DNA of 64,000 bases, taken from assembly GCF_009914755.1 (NCBI RefSeq), contig NC_060937.1; one strand, written 5' to 3'. This DNA is from the human T2T-CHM13v2.0 reference genome, Homo sapiens. The position numbers and the translations under genes were made by a program. The notes beneath the pieces are model-generated. The model had not been told where the DNA came from and made no database searches. It saw only the letters and a list, made by a program, of their open reading frames with translations. The stretch's first letter is position 1. The number at the start of each line of letters is the position of its first letter. This document shows, one piece after another, positions 26,589 through 40,743 of the stretch.

Positions 26589-27656
26589 TTGAGAAGAAGC
26601 CCTCCAAAAACTTCAAAGTAGTATGCAAACTAATTGCGTACAAGTACATTTCGAACAAGGTTGAGGCTAGCCAGGGTGCTTTTTGGAGATGACTATTCTT
26701 ATGGCTCGATGTCTAGCTTATTTTTCTCTTTTACCTCCTAAGTGTTAACATCTCTGCTTCCAGTCCTCTTGTGAATCTGTTTTGCCCTTTTCTTCTCTTC
26801 TAAAGGAAGCCTTTTATGGTTAGATTCAGTTGGCCGTGATGTTGGGATATGCCAAAGCAACAGAAATCCACACATTTCCTTTTCCAGATGACGAGCTTAG
26901 GATGGTCTTGTGGACTCTGTTCTACTCTTTTCTACACTTTTTATTTCGAAAACAATTCAGCCTGTTATAAGCCAGACTTATGTGTTTCCTTGAGCAACAT
27001 CTATAGCAGGTGTGTGGCTTCCACATGTACTCATACAAATAAAAAATAATACATGAAAACTTTCATCTCCACTCCCACAATTCAGATTCACAAAAGTATT
27101 CCCCAGGTAGATTGTAAATTTCCATATAGATTTACTAGCTGGCAGTTTGCAGCTGTATCAAGTGTTGTTTGATCAGCATCTGGGAATGTCCAGAGAAAGA
27201 ACCTATAATTGTTATTCTGGATCTGTAAAACAGCATGCCTTCCAGCCACTCCATGTTTTCATTTCCATATTTATGCCCCAGAATTTATTATCTATTTTCC
27301 AAATTCTAAACTTACTCAAATACTTTCATGCCTGGGCATTATTCCCAGTGAATTATTTATCATATAGTGAATTATTTCCTCATATAGTTTTTGTAGAATA
27401 TTTTCTTATCTTTACACCATTTGTCTTATTCTGGCAGCCAAAATGGTTCTACCAGTAGATAAAGAAGGTAATATGATTCAGAGAATGGTAAATGGCTTCC
27501 TTGCAAAATGTCTCCCTTACTAGCATGATATAAGGCCTGTGTTTTAATTGATTAGTCAAATTTCCTAGCTCTGATCCCTCTCCCCCAGCTCTGATCCACG
27601 TTTTCAACTCCTTGCTTGGTGTCATTCAACCTTCTGAAACATGTTTTTACTCTGGA

Positions 27657-27840
27657 GCAATGATTCTTAAACTATTCTCTCCATCACTGTCACTTGCTGA
27701 ACCTAAAACACAGATTTCTGGGCCCACCCTCAAACATTCTGATTCAGTGGGTCCTTAGTAGGGCCAGAGGATTAACATTTCTCACACCCTCACAGGTAAT
27801 GTTGATGCTGCAAGCTGACATGACACTTTGAGTATCATTC
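27657..27840. mobile_element. MER5A-like hAT MITE
   Basis: tgattcttaaact...aaaacacagatttctgggcccaccctcaaacattctgattcagtgggtc...acactttgagtatcatt. Confidence 0.75.
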
Positions 27841-27881
27841 ATTTGCTTGACTGTTTTTGTGGTTTACCTTTAATTTTTACA

Positions 27882-28470
27882 TGTGAAGCAGACACCACTG
27901 ATGTCTCAGCCATCCAAAAGCCATTTCCCCTTTCTCCTTAATAATAAATCCTAATTTTCTATAGGGAGTCACCAAGGCCTTTTGCTTCAAGAAAGCCTGC
28001 CTTAAATTTCAGTTCCAGGATGAGAGTTGTAATAACTCTAAGATAATTGAGTTAATAAATTGAAAATAATAGGCATTTCATTCCCCTGTGAATTGCCTAG
28101 CATGAAACATGAATAAGATTGTCTGAGGAGCTTCTGAGACAGGATTCTTCTCTCTCAAGAATACACCTGGAAGAGCTAAACCCTTTTCAGAACCCTGGAT
28201 TGATGGGATGTGATTGCAAGACAACTGCAACCAGCTTGTGACCATCAAGATTTATATGAAAACATTACATTGTACCCCACAAACATACATGCAATTTAAA
28301 AAAGGAGAGAGATTGCCATATGCTGAGGATAGTCAGGTAGAAATAAAGAAAATAATTAGGTTCTTAAAATGATGATGAGCCAACAAATTCACTAACCTGG
28401 AGCTGCTTTGCCTCAAGACTTATTATGTGGGATTTCTGTTTCCTGCAGCTAAAAGCGTACTAATTTATAT
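27882..28470 (+). mobile_element. Old MLT1 (K/L-like) LTR containing a short L1 3'-end fragment (about 28255-28302)
   Basis: tgtgaagcagacaccactg...gcttgtgaccatcaag...ctgtttcctgcagctaaaagcgtactaat. Confidence 0.55.
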
Positions 28471-28471
28471 T

Positions 28472-28572
28472 ATCTATCTTTCTATCCATCCATCCATCTA
28501 TTTATCTACTTATCTATATTTCACCTGTCTATATATCTATGTATTCATCCATCTATCTTTAACTTATCTCTA
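28472..28572. repeat. Degenerate (TCTA)n/(TCCA)n simple repeat
   Basis: tatctatctttctatccatccatccatctatttatctacttatctat... Confidence 0.75.
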
Positions 28573-28949
28573 CAATTAGATTTTATTTTCTTAGTAAATA
28601 TTAATGAAGAGAAAAGATAGTTATAATACTATTAGAATATAGCTATGTTAGTTGGGGAGGCTAGCTTACCACCTATCAACATCAAATCAAGAAATAATCA
28701 CATTTTATCTTATGCAGAGTTTTAGAAAGAATAGAATATAAGAACATTAAGTGTGGTGGGATATGCATAAAAGGACAAAAAGTCAGGATCTATTCAAGTG
28801 CACCAAAATGGTGGCCCTGGATTCCTGTTACACGGCAGGAAGGAACTGGGTAGACTCCATTTTTAAAATGTACTTTTGGGTGTCCTTTTATGCACTCTCA
28901 CGCTTCAGTAATTCATTTTCCACCCTGCATTCAGTGTAATTATAAAAAA

Positions 28950-29480
28950 GATCTGATCAAGCCATTCTCATTAGAACTCTGTAAAGTCTCTCATTCTTCC
29001 TATAATAACCATTTGGAGCCCTTCACTTGGCATACAAGGCCCCAAGTGAGCTGGTTCCCAGTGGTCCCTCAGCACCATGTAGTACCACACTCACTGCCCC
29101 TAGCCCCGAAGTCCTGCTTTCAATTCTAGGTTCCTGCCACATGCAATTGCCTCACAAACCTTTACGTATAACACTTCCTCTTTTTAAAAAGGCATCTCCC
29201 ACATCTTTGCCACTTCCCAATTTACCCTTCCTCTCTCACAATTCAACTTAAATGTCATCCCCATACTGAACCTTTTCTTGAGACTAGACTGTCTTCTTCT
29301 GTTCTTATACTCTTATACATAATTCTCTTCTGTGATACTTATCACATTTAATTGTATAATTAAATGTGCAATTAATTATTTAGTCTCTGTTTCCTAAATT
29401 ACCACATGAGCCCTTAAGGGCAAGAACACATCTGTTTACTACCATATCCCTGGCACCAGACACTAAACATTGGTTGAAAC
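28950..29480 (+). mobile_element. L2 fragment
   Basis: atctgatcaagccattctc...ttggcatacaaggcccc...tcaacttaaatgtcatc...catatccctggcacc. Confidence 0.65.
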
Positions 29481-32400
29481 AATCTCTTTTTTCTTCAGGC
29501 ATATTCTCTGATGACATGTATGCTTCTTTTGTGAAACATTCAATAAATAAGAGTCAACTTGACTTTACACATGACCTTTCCTGCCACTATAGTCAAATGG
29601 GCAAAAATAGGCATTAATTTTCTTGCTTCACAAATGAGAAACTGAGGCCCAAAGAGTTTAACTAACCTGCTCATTTTTGTTCCATCTATGTTGACATTTG
29701 AAGTCAGAGAGCCTGACTCCTACTCACTGGCTTTTCCTTAGACTAGTCACTCACAGAACATCATTACTCAGCCTGCTCACAACACAACACTCATGCTTAA
29801 ACAGAGTGCAGCTTTCTTCCGGCCGCTGCACCAGAATTTTATGCAGCTTACCCTGCCCTGAGTCATTCATGGAAAGCATCTGGGAACACATTATGTAAAA
29901 TACACCATCTCACCTAAAAATGTTCTTCCATCACTAGGGCACAAAGGGTCAGTGGGGTGTTCTGGGAGAGTTATCTGAAAGGAAAGCATACATTTGGGGA
30001 GAACATTGCTCCCCGATTATGACCCCATGACTTGCCTGTAGAAAAGCTGGCGGGTGCTCAAGTGTAAAGACCTGGGAAAGCTTGACACTGAGTAAAAGAC
30101 TTTCCGTTCCTTCTGTAAGGAGATACATTAATGCAGTCGTGGAAATGAATATCCATTCTGTGGTTTTGAACCTCTGAAAGTAGCACTTGGGCAACTAAAA
30201 AGTGTCACACCATGCCCTAGAGCTATAGAGAAAACTTGCAGAGTAATTGGTATTATTTGCCCAAGAGATAAGTGGCTTCTGAGAAGTTCCTATATGGTTG
30301 TGGACATGCCTCCGCCTCTTGTTTTTCCTTCTAACACTATTCTGACTATAGCTTAGGAGTGAGATTCTTCAACACGGTCACTATTGATGGCCTATAGTCT
30401 GCATGCTTTTGTTTTCAAATAAGCAAGCAGTTTATCCCTGCCTCAGGAAGTATAAAGACTGAGAAATGTCAACGGGCCAAGTTAAAGAAATATAAAGTCC
30501 AGTTTAGGGGCTATTAAAGGGCTTGGAAAATCTGTATTAAAATTTTGACATCAAAGTTATATGCTTCTCTCAATCAATAAACAATTGTTGAGTATCTGCT
30601 CTGTGTTTATTTGTGATGGGAGCAGTCAGGAAATTCAAAAGAGCACTCAGGGAGTAGAAAGGCAGAGTAGATAGAACAAAGGCCTTAGAGTCAGAAGAAT
30701 GGATGTGGTTTCAGATTTTCCACTTATTGGGTCAACTTCCTTTGGGCCTGTATCTTATTTGTATAGCTCTAATAGCCTTACCAACTTCACAAGGCTGTTG
30801 TCAGAACTGGGGAAGAAAAGTATATCAAAACAAACCCCCCACCACCAAAACTCATTTAGCATTTTGCTAGCTCTTTCAACAAATATTTTTGAAGGCCTAT
30901 ACTAGACTTAAAAAAACTTACCAGACAAAATCCAAATGCTCATGATAGACTCCTGTTTATTCTTCAAGGTTCAAATCAACTACAGCCTCTTCTGTTATGT
31001 CATTCCCTAAAATAAATCCCTTCCTTAATTAATCTTGAATGTCCTTACTTCATTGTGTTACTTTATATATTTGGTTAAATGTCCACGTTCAACCCTAAAC
31101 TATGAGTTCCTCAAAGACAGAGACTGTGCCTTATTCACCTTTGTGCTGACATGATGCCCAGAGTAGCACCTGGTCCAGAAAGTATGCTTTCTTTGGAATC
31201 TTAGACTGGATGTATGAAAAGATGAATGGGTATGGGACAGCCTGGGCTCTGAGAGGGAAATCAGCATGAATGCAGGAAGAAGACCTTGACTGAAACAGAG
31301 GGTGGGTTTTGATTTGCAAGAGGAAGTGAAAGGAAGACAGTAAGTCCCATGACGAGAACCTGGTGAACTATGTTGAGGAATTTGGACTTAAATTTATAAG
31401 GTGTCAGAGTCTGTTAGGAATCCTTTAGCAAAAATATGATATGATCAAACTACTATCCAGACAAAAAAGAAAAGCTCTTATAATTGGAGAATTCTGCCCA
31501 TAATCAATGTCTTGCTACACACTGAATAGAAAAATTTCCTGGAGCCAAAGATGGTCTTGCAATCCCGGGAAGTGCCCTTCTGCTCATGTCCAACAGGAAG
31601 TCATCAGGATAGATACACAACAGTGTATCTATCAGACACAAGGTGGTTAATGAAAATCTATTATAAACACAAAGTGTTGTTGAACAATGCTTGTATTAGA
31701 AGGGTTCAAAATGGGCTTATTTAAAAATGTAAAGCTGAATTTTTTCAATAACTTTTTTTGTGTGTTTTTACTTGCAGCAAGAAAATTCTCTTGGGCAAAA
31801 AACAATACATGCAATTTTAGTATGATTCACCTTTAATGTCATTTATTCTTCACAGATAAATATACAGAGAAGAAAAACATGACCTAAAAATGTTAATCCA
31901 AATGATAAAGGGTATTTTTTGTTACCAAAATTCTATTTAGTATTTACTATTGCAATACTAAAACACTCTCCGAAACTCAAAGATCAATGAAATCTGAAAT
32001 TAACCAGCATTTCAAGGAGTAATTTAAATAACAAAATAATCTAACCTATCAAATATTTTGTCATAGACCCAACCTTTACAAAGTTGAGTAGAAATTTTCA
32101 CTTTCCTTGCTTTGAAGAATCTGAGTCCTTCAAAATTGTATCAGATGTTTTTAGTTTTACTGTGTAAGCTTTCCTGGAAAGCTTCAAGTCAAGCATTTTT
32201 AAGGGAGTCTTTTAAAATGTAAGAGGGATACTAGAAATAAAATCACCAATAAATTCTTTATGGTATGAGCAAGTCTCTATGTTACGTGTGTTATGGGATC
32301 AACATTTCTTGTGTCAGATTTTCATAAAGTAGGATGTCAATGTTCACCTGACTGGGCTTTTTTCCTTAATATTATAAATAAGGTTGCAAGATGCTGTTCT

Positions 32401-33825
32401 CAAGTACCATATGTCTTCATTTCTATTGTTAAGAACCATTTCTAAAGATCTAACACAAGAGCAGATGAGCCACACTGGCTAGATTTGGGGGTAATTGGAT
32501 TTTCTTTTCTCTTCACAAAAATTATGCATGCCTGGAAAGAACAGCAAGAATAAACTGCAACCGATGCCTACTAATTACCATCAGCTAGTGCCTGGCTTTT
32601 GAAATCTGATTTAAGAAAAAAAAATGAAAAAAAAAAAAACACAGGCTTGGCTGATAGAAAACTGTATAATGTTTAAGCAGTGATGAGGGAAGCCCAATCT
32701 TAAGCAGGCTAGACTTTGGACCGAACCCAACTGATGTTTCTCATCCTTGTTTATTTTGTTACTTGACATGATTCAACTCATTAAGGATTTCAAAGGTCCA
32801 AGGGAAAGTACTTCTACTTTGCCAAGGCATCCTTCGTTGGAATTCCATTATCTCCCATGATCCGAGACAAGGATTTCCTCCTACTCAGTTCTGAGTAATT
32901 ATGTGTAAGCAAACCCTTGGTGTTCTTGCAGATGACTGTACTGAGTTGATGGTTCAACATGAATCATTCATGTGGCAGGCATCTTCAATGGAGAGGGTAA
33001 GGAGGGCTAACATTGATTTGCAGTGTTTATATGAAGTATGACTTTCTCATTCATTTCATTTGATTCATCAGAGTTGATGTTTGTCCCTATAAACCATTCC
33101 CTCTCCTAAAACGATTACAGGGAAAGAAGAGAGAACAAGCACATTCGATCAGTCCCTCCTCCTCTACCAAGTTTAATTTAGACTATGTCTTAAGAAATAT
33201 TGTTTCCTCCTTGCAGAAATTGAGAATGAGTCGCTCCATCACCACCCTGGCCTGCCCCCCTTAACCCAGCATTTTTCCTCTCTTCACTTCTTTCCCAATC
33301 AGTGAAACAAAGTAAATATAAATTAGGCAACGATTTTTTTTTATATGCTGCATTTTATACTTCATATTTTTAAAGCTTCCCTCTTTTGGGGGTGGGGGTG
33401 GGAGAGGCAATAAATTCCTCTGAGACTATGATAAAGATGCATCCTCCCAGAATAATTCAACTAAGCACATATTTACAACTGGCATACACCTTTAGGGAGG
33501 TTAAAGTCTAAGGTGGATCTCCCCTCACACCTCCTCCCTCCCTCCCATGCCCAAGGACATTAGGTTAAACTTCTGATCTGAAAGTCTCAGATTTGAGGGC
33601 AATAGGAACTGAAGCTATTCTTTTCCTTACTTTTTTGATAACATACGTGACAAGGCATGCTACAAGTTTTAAGAGACAACAGCTCAAAAGAGAGCCTGGT
33701 ACTCCCATCAGGACTCTGAGCCATAATGATTCTTGCATGTCTTTAAAAGTTTTGTTAAGAGCTTCAAAGAAAAAACAACAACACATTTGAGAGACTACCT
33801 TGGCAAGTCACTCGGTCTTTCTCAT

Positions 33826-34065
33826 TCTTTTTTAACAGCTTTATTGGGGATATAACTCATATACCATACCATTTACCTAAAGTGTACAATAGCACAATTC
33901 ATTGCTATTCACAGAGTTAGGCAACCATCACCACAATCAATTTTAGAAAATTTTCATCACCCCAAAAAGAAACCCAGTCCCAGTAGTAATCCATTCCTTA
34001 TCCCTACCCTCCTCCAGCTCTAGGCAACCACTAATCTACTTCTTGTCTGTATGGATTTGCCTCCT
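33826..34065 (-). mobile_element. L1MB 3' end
   Basis: tttttaacagctttattgggatataactcatatacc...caaccatcaccacaatcaattttagaa...ctaggcaaccactaatctactt...tggatttgcct. Confidence 0.85.
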
Positions 34066-34505
34066 CCAAATGACAGCACACCTGGAATCTGCCCATTGTG
34101 TTAACTCTTCTGTAAGACTGTTACCCCAAATGCAGTTACCATAAAACTACTCGCTTGAGTAAAACAACTGGGTGTGAGTGAAGCATTTTATTAGGCATGC
34201 AGAAGTTTCAAAGGTGAGCTTTCTACCTAGTTATGAGAATTATTCTAAAAAGAAGCAGTAACTACCACAAAAGCCATACACAATGATATGACATTTCAAA
34301 GTACCCCACCCAGTCTTGCTCTTTATAGCTGGTTGACTTCAATCCCAACTCTAAAAGCCAATGCTCGCTAGGAATTATCCCAAGCATCATTTCTCATTTA
34401 TGGTCAACATTCCATTCACTGGAATCCCAAATAATTTCTGACTTCCCCCTGATCTCTGGAGCTTTTTTCTATGTTTATAGTCTCACAATAATTGTTTCAG
34501 ATCTT

Positions 34506-35010
34506 GTGGCAGAGATGGATAGTTGCCTCTCCAAATATATGTTCTCCTTATGTACCTTAGTAAGAGAATCCCAATGTTTAACTAAGCACATTAGTGCATA
34601 TAGCTTCCCTTGCAACTACATGTAGCTCTATGACTAAGTTCTGCCCAATTATATGAGAGCAGAAATGTTGTATACAGCTTCAGAGACGTGGTCCTAAGGG
34701 GTAGAGGCATGCCTTTTCTTCATCTTCTTCCTCCTTCCTTCTGGCTTAATTCAGACACAGTGCCAAACAGCCATCTTCGATCATCTATTGAAAGTCACAC
34801 ATTGATGCAGCGAAACAGCCATCTTCAGCCATCTAATGGAAGTCACACGTTGAGTTTGGCTGAGCAAAAACATAGATCAAGTGTAGGTTTCTAGAATTAC
34901 CTTAGGTGTCTAGACTATCTGCCACTAGACTTTTTACAAGAAAGAGAAGTCAACTTTTGAGGTACTGTTATTTGGTGGCTGTTAGTCACAGAGGAACCTA
35001 ATTCTAGCTG
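34506..35010 (+). mobile_element. MLT1J-like solo LTR with an internal tandem duplication of about 47 bp (34766-34853)
   Basis: tgtggcagagatgg...gcttcccttgcaactacatgtagctctatgactaagttctgcccaat; the unit aaacagccatcttc...atcta.tg.aagtcacac.ttga occurs twice. Confidence 0.7.
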
Positions 35011-35499
35011 GGACTCCTTTACCATTTCTCAGACCCTGACCCTTTTGTGCCTTCCACTACTGGCACATTCTCCACCTCCCTTGTAGAATTTTCTCTATAG
35101 AGTAACTTCGTACTATCCAGCTACCGGCATGCTAAAACCCTGGAAAGGCCTCTGAGGCATGTATCCTCAACATTTTTATCTCATATTCTTAAAAAAAGAA
35201 ATCCTTGGACACTAAGAAAGGAAAATTAGATTCACTAATGAGAGCCAATAATGTCTTCAGGGAAAAAAAAAAATACTTTCAAGATAGTGGATGAAAACTA
35301 AATAATAAAGCTGGAGGCAGAGATCTTTCCAAACATAGGGAGCAAAGTGCTTGGAGACTACAAGCCCTCAAATGTGTTTGGGAAAAAACAGTCATCTAAT
35401 TTCTCTATGTAATTTCCCTATTCGGTAAATAGAAATTTGGCTGGAAACATTGATTGAGCCCCTATTCTTGAGAGCCTTTATGGGGCTTGTACCTCTCTG

Positions 35500-36136
35500 C
35501 CTGGGTTATTATCAAACTACCTGAAGACTTTCCAGTCATCTCAATCTTCTCCTCCAAATAGCAACTGTGACCTTCCTAAAATGCCAATCTGACCATGTCT
35601 CCCCCTACTGAACTTCCCTCAGTGACTTCCCCTTGTTCTTCAGGTAAAGTCACAATTATCAAATGGCCTCCAAGGTCTGTAGCACCTGGCCTCTGCCCAC
35701 GTTTCAGCTGAGCTCCCCCTCACCACCTCTTGGCCATGTCATTTTCTTTTTGTTCCTTCATTGTGTCAAATTTCTTCTCACCTGGGTGTCTTTCCTTATG
35801 CCGCTCCTCTTACTTACTCTTCTCTCACTGTTATAATTTCCTGAGTTTCAATCAACCATCATTCAAGTCTAGGCTTAAAACATGACTTCCTAGTCCTACT
35901 AGACCAGATGGGGCCAGGTTCAGCCCGGTATATGCTCTCAGAAAAACCTTATACTTATCCGTTATCTCTTGTATCACAATCGTAAGTTATTTTTGTAATT
36001 ATTTCTTAAATGTCTATTTTCCCTACTGAGCCATGACACCAGTAATTATGTCTGTCTTTCTCTTGATTGTATTTCTAGAACCTAAAATAGTTCCTGGACC
36101 AGATTAAATTCTGATAAATATCTGTGAATAAATGAA
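35500..36136 (+). mobile_element. L2 3' portion
   Basis: cttcctaaaatgccaatctgaccatgtc...tctagaacctaaaatagttcctgg...ataaatatctgtgaataaatgaa. Confidence 0.75.
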
Positions 36137-36202
36137 GGGCAGAAATATGATCAGAACTGTTCTCTCTCTAGATCTATCTATCTATCCTGCCATAATCCTT
36201 GG

Positions 36203-36581
36203 TGATATGGTTTGGCTCTGTTTCCCCACCCAAATCTCATCTTGAATTGTAATCCCCATGTGTTAGGGTAGGGGCCTGATGGGAGGTGATTGAATCATGG
36301 GGGCAGATTTCCTTCTTGATCATGATAGTGAGTGAGTTCTCACAAGATGTAGGTGTTTGAAAGTATGTGGCACTTCCCCCTTCACTCTCTCTCCCCTGGT
36401 CCACCATGGTAAGACATGCCTACTTCTCCTTTGCCTTCTGCCATGATTGTAAGTTTCCTGAGGCCTCCCAATCATGCCTCCCATTAAGCCTACAGAACTG
36501 TGAGTCAATTAAACCTCTCTTCTTCAAAAATTACCTAGTCTTAGGTAGTTTTTTATAGCAGTGTAAAAACAGACTAATTCA
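36203..36581 (+). mobile_element. THE1D MaLR solo LTR
   Basis: tgatatggtttggctctg...gggaggtgattgaatcatgggg...ctgccatgattgtaagtttcctgaggcctccc...agactaattca; near-TSD cttgg / catgg. Confidence 0.92.
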
Positions 36582-37057
36582 CATGGGGACTAGAGACAGC
36601 TCATTCCCTAAATTAAAAAAGAAGTACCTAAATAAGCTACACTAAAATTATCTGAGACTGTATATTTATGCTTCTATTTCCATCATGGGATAGCAAGTTT
36701 CTCAACGGCAAGAACATGTGTATTTAACTGTCTGGTACATAGTCATCATTTACCGCAATATACAAAGCAACTTACGTCTCTAGAAAGTATGTTGGCCCTT
36801 TATCCTCATCTATTTGACCTCTCAGCATTCTGCCCCTGGTCCTCTCCACCAGTGACAGCACTAAGGCCCATGGACTTGAAGACCACCTAAAAGCTGATGA
36901 TTTACCAGACTGGAACTCTGGTTTCAATGCTTAGCATCTGTGGTAGCATCTCAAATGTAAGAGAATTAGTAGTTCTGTCTTTTCCTCTATCCCTTAAAAG
37001 CTGTTTGTTCCATGTATCCTTCATTTCAGAAAATGGCATCACCATCCTCTAAGTTCT

Positions 37058-37410
37058 TGCTATGGCCTGAATATTTGTGCCTCCCCCCAAATTTATATAT
37101 TGAAGCCATTATTCCCAGTAGATGCTGTTTGTATGCAGAACTTTTGGAGGTAATTAGGTCATGGGGTAGAGCCCTCATGAGATTAGTGTCCTTATAAGAA
37201 GGGACATAAGAGATGATTTCTCTATCCATCATGTGAGGACACAGCAAGAAGGCAGTCATGTGTAAACCAGAAAGGGGGTCCTCTCCAGGAAATGAATTGG
37301 CTGGCACCTTGATCGTGGACTTCTCAGCCTCCAGACTGTGAGGAATAATTTCTGTTGTTTAAGCCCTGCAGTCTATTTTATTTGTTTTGGCAGCTGATGA
37401 AGCTAATGCT
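37058..37410 (+). mobile_element. MLT1A-like solo LTR nested in L2
   Basis: tgctatggcctgaatatttgtgcc...gccctcatgagattagtgtccttataag...gctggcaccttgatcgtggacttctcagcctccagactgtgag. Confidence 0.85.
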
Positions 37411-37930
37411 CAAGATAAAATCCTGGTTACTTACCTTGCTATTATGCCTCATGTCTAAACCATAAGCAGGCTCTTCAGTCCTACTTAAGCAGCATACCCA
37501 GAATCCACTGAACTCATTTTATCTTTACTGTCATTGTCCTCATCACAGACCCATCATCCTCCATTCCTCCAGTGGCAGCCACACTGATTTCTTTGCCCTC
37601 TCTAGTGACCCTTCCTTCTGCCTATTTCCACATAGAAAACAGGACAATCTTCTAAAATTGCAAATTAGATCATATCATAGGTTAGAACACTTTAATTGTT
37701 CTCAGTGGACTTTGGGAAAAAAACCAAAAAAAAAAAAAAAAAAAAACACCCAAACATTGGAACTCTTTTTCAGAGTGTATGACATGGCCTATGACATTCT
37801 AGAAGATCTGACCTCCCCACTAGTCTCTAGTCTCATCTGGGATGCTTTCCCATCACCTGTTTTGTTCCAGCCACATTGGTCATTGTTCTTTCCTTCAAAT
37901 ACACTATTATCTTATTTACTTATTTTCTAG

Positions 37931-38470
<540 letters not shown>

Positions 38471-40743
38471 AGTTTTTTACTACACCCCCTCTAGTTTTTT
38501 ACTACACCCCCCTCACTAGACCATTAGCTTCTTGAGGCAATGGATCTGCTTTTCTTTTCACTATCCTTTCTCCAGCACTTAGACCAGGACATACACTGTA
38601 ACAGGCCCTTAGCAGATATTTGTTGAATGAATTAATTACTACAAAATGAGAGCTTGTGGAAGTAGGCTGAATTGAATGAGAGAAGTAATGACAGTAGGAG
38701 AAATAATAGCACACCCTTGGAAAAGAAATTGGTGAGGAAAGAAATCACACAACGAAAAGTAAAACTTTAAGAGATTCTGGATGTTAGGTTTTAATAAGTT
38801 TGGATCATGCACCCCTTTACAAATGTTATGACATTGTATGACCCACATTTTCAAGGTGTTCCTTGGATACTCTGAATCTCAATCAAGATCCTCTCAGCAA
38901 GGGTCATGGATGCCAGTATAATAATTTCTAGAAGGTGATCACTGACAGCTTTACCTTCTGGGGGAACACTTCATTCTGAAGATTAGCCCCCATTTTACAT
39001 TGCCACTTTTTTGACATGTCAACCATTATCTCAAATTCCCCCCTTTAGATAGACAAAAACGAGAGTACCCACCTGGTGCTGAATTAACCTTGAGAAATTT
39101 TAGGTTAGGTAAGGCTGTGTAGGATAAAATATAAAACAAAAAAATTACCTTAAGAATCTGTTTCCCACAGTGGAGTTCCTCCAGATACAGCCAACTTTGC
39201 TAGGTTTCACTTAATTATAATTAAAATATCATTATTAAAATTTCTCAGGAATTACACTGTGCTCATCGCTTCCAGAAAGAAGTAAATTATTGTCAAACTG
39301 TGTGGATACAGATCCTTGGGTCGAATATAGTTTTTCCACTGGATTAGTCTAAAAGGTAAAAGAAAATGCATGTCTTTAGAGCATTTCCTCTTGTGCACAT
39401 TCAAATATACAGTGTGTTGAAGGCCTGGGAGGCCATCCAACCTCCTACCTGTTGGATTACACTAGGATAGTGTCACATTTTACTAACACTCCCTAGAAAA
39501 CCTTATTTTAGAAACATTTTCCGCCTCATTTTATCTGAGTTTGCTCAAGGAACTGAAATCGTCGTGTGCTGAGCTCAATGCCATGTGCAAGGTCTCCGAC
39601 TAGCACACAGAAAACTCTAAGGAACTGTAATTCAGTGATTCTTGCCATCTGCAAGCCTGTGGAATTCAGGTGCCCACAGGAAGGAATGGAGAGGTTTTTC
39701 CAGCCTGACCATATCAGCCGTCTCACCACAAGAACCTTCTGTTTTGGCTGTCGTCCCTCTATCAGACTCAGGCTGTTCTTTATGGCCAACTGTGAGTTTA
39801 ACGTGTCTGGTTTACATTCTGTTGGTAAAGTGTTTCTCTCAGTTCCAAGCTCCTTTCCTTCCATCCGATGGCTTGACTGCTTTGTATTCATGTTTGTTTT
39901 TTAAGAGGAGGTAGGATGGGTGGACGTTAGGGACCATAAAACAACTCTAGAAGTTTGCATTCACAAAATAGTGAAATTAATACTAATAAGGAGAAAGACA
40001 GGCACTGATAGTGCAGCAGAGAAAATCCAACAAGTAGGATCAGAGGTGTAAGGATGTGGTAGGTGATTAAATAACTCTGTCAGTGTGGAGTGGGCAGTAA
40101 CTAACCATTTTATTTTTAATTTTTTTGGTGAATTAAGCAGAAGTTTTAATGACTATCCCTTTCTCATATTTGTGAGGTGTGGGCTGCTGTAAGCTATAGA
40201 ACCATGGCAAAGGGCTTAATGGGGAGGAAAACAGTTTTAAAATTTCTCTTAGAACCCAGCCCACTGGAATTATGAAAGCAGCCTCAGTAAGTAAGATAGA
40301 CTTGCATGCGTCCAGTTACAGAGGTGTAGGGAAAGGAATGACTCTAGTTACTGGAAACTAGTATTTGCATTGGACAACATTATTATTTGAATTGGATGGT
40401 GGAGGCAAAAGTACATCTTAACTTTATCAAACATGTTTCAGATGCAATTCTTAATTCCTCCACTTAAGGCCATTATGCTTGTGGATACAGGATGATAGTT
40501 AATACTTTTAAAACACATTTTAAAAAATTACCTTTAAGCTCCTCAAGTATTCTAAGGATATTCTTAAGCTCCTTAAGAATTCCAACAATAATTTGTTTGC
40601 AGGCCAAAGACTGACACCTGCTATATCCTATTGTTGATTATTTTACAAAAGTAATTTAGTTATAGAGGCTTCTATAAAAGCATGCCTCACTAATTTTGTG
40701 TGCCTAAAAGAATCAGAGAAACATGCTTAAGAAAATATTTTCC

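Noticed and set aside
40535-40590. Degenerate 30-bp tandem duplication (similar one at 49793-49870)
   Set aside because: Two-copy slippage products; not an array.
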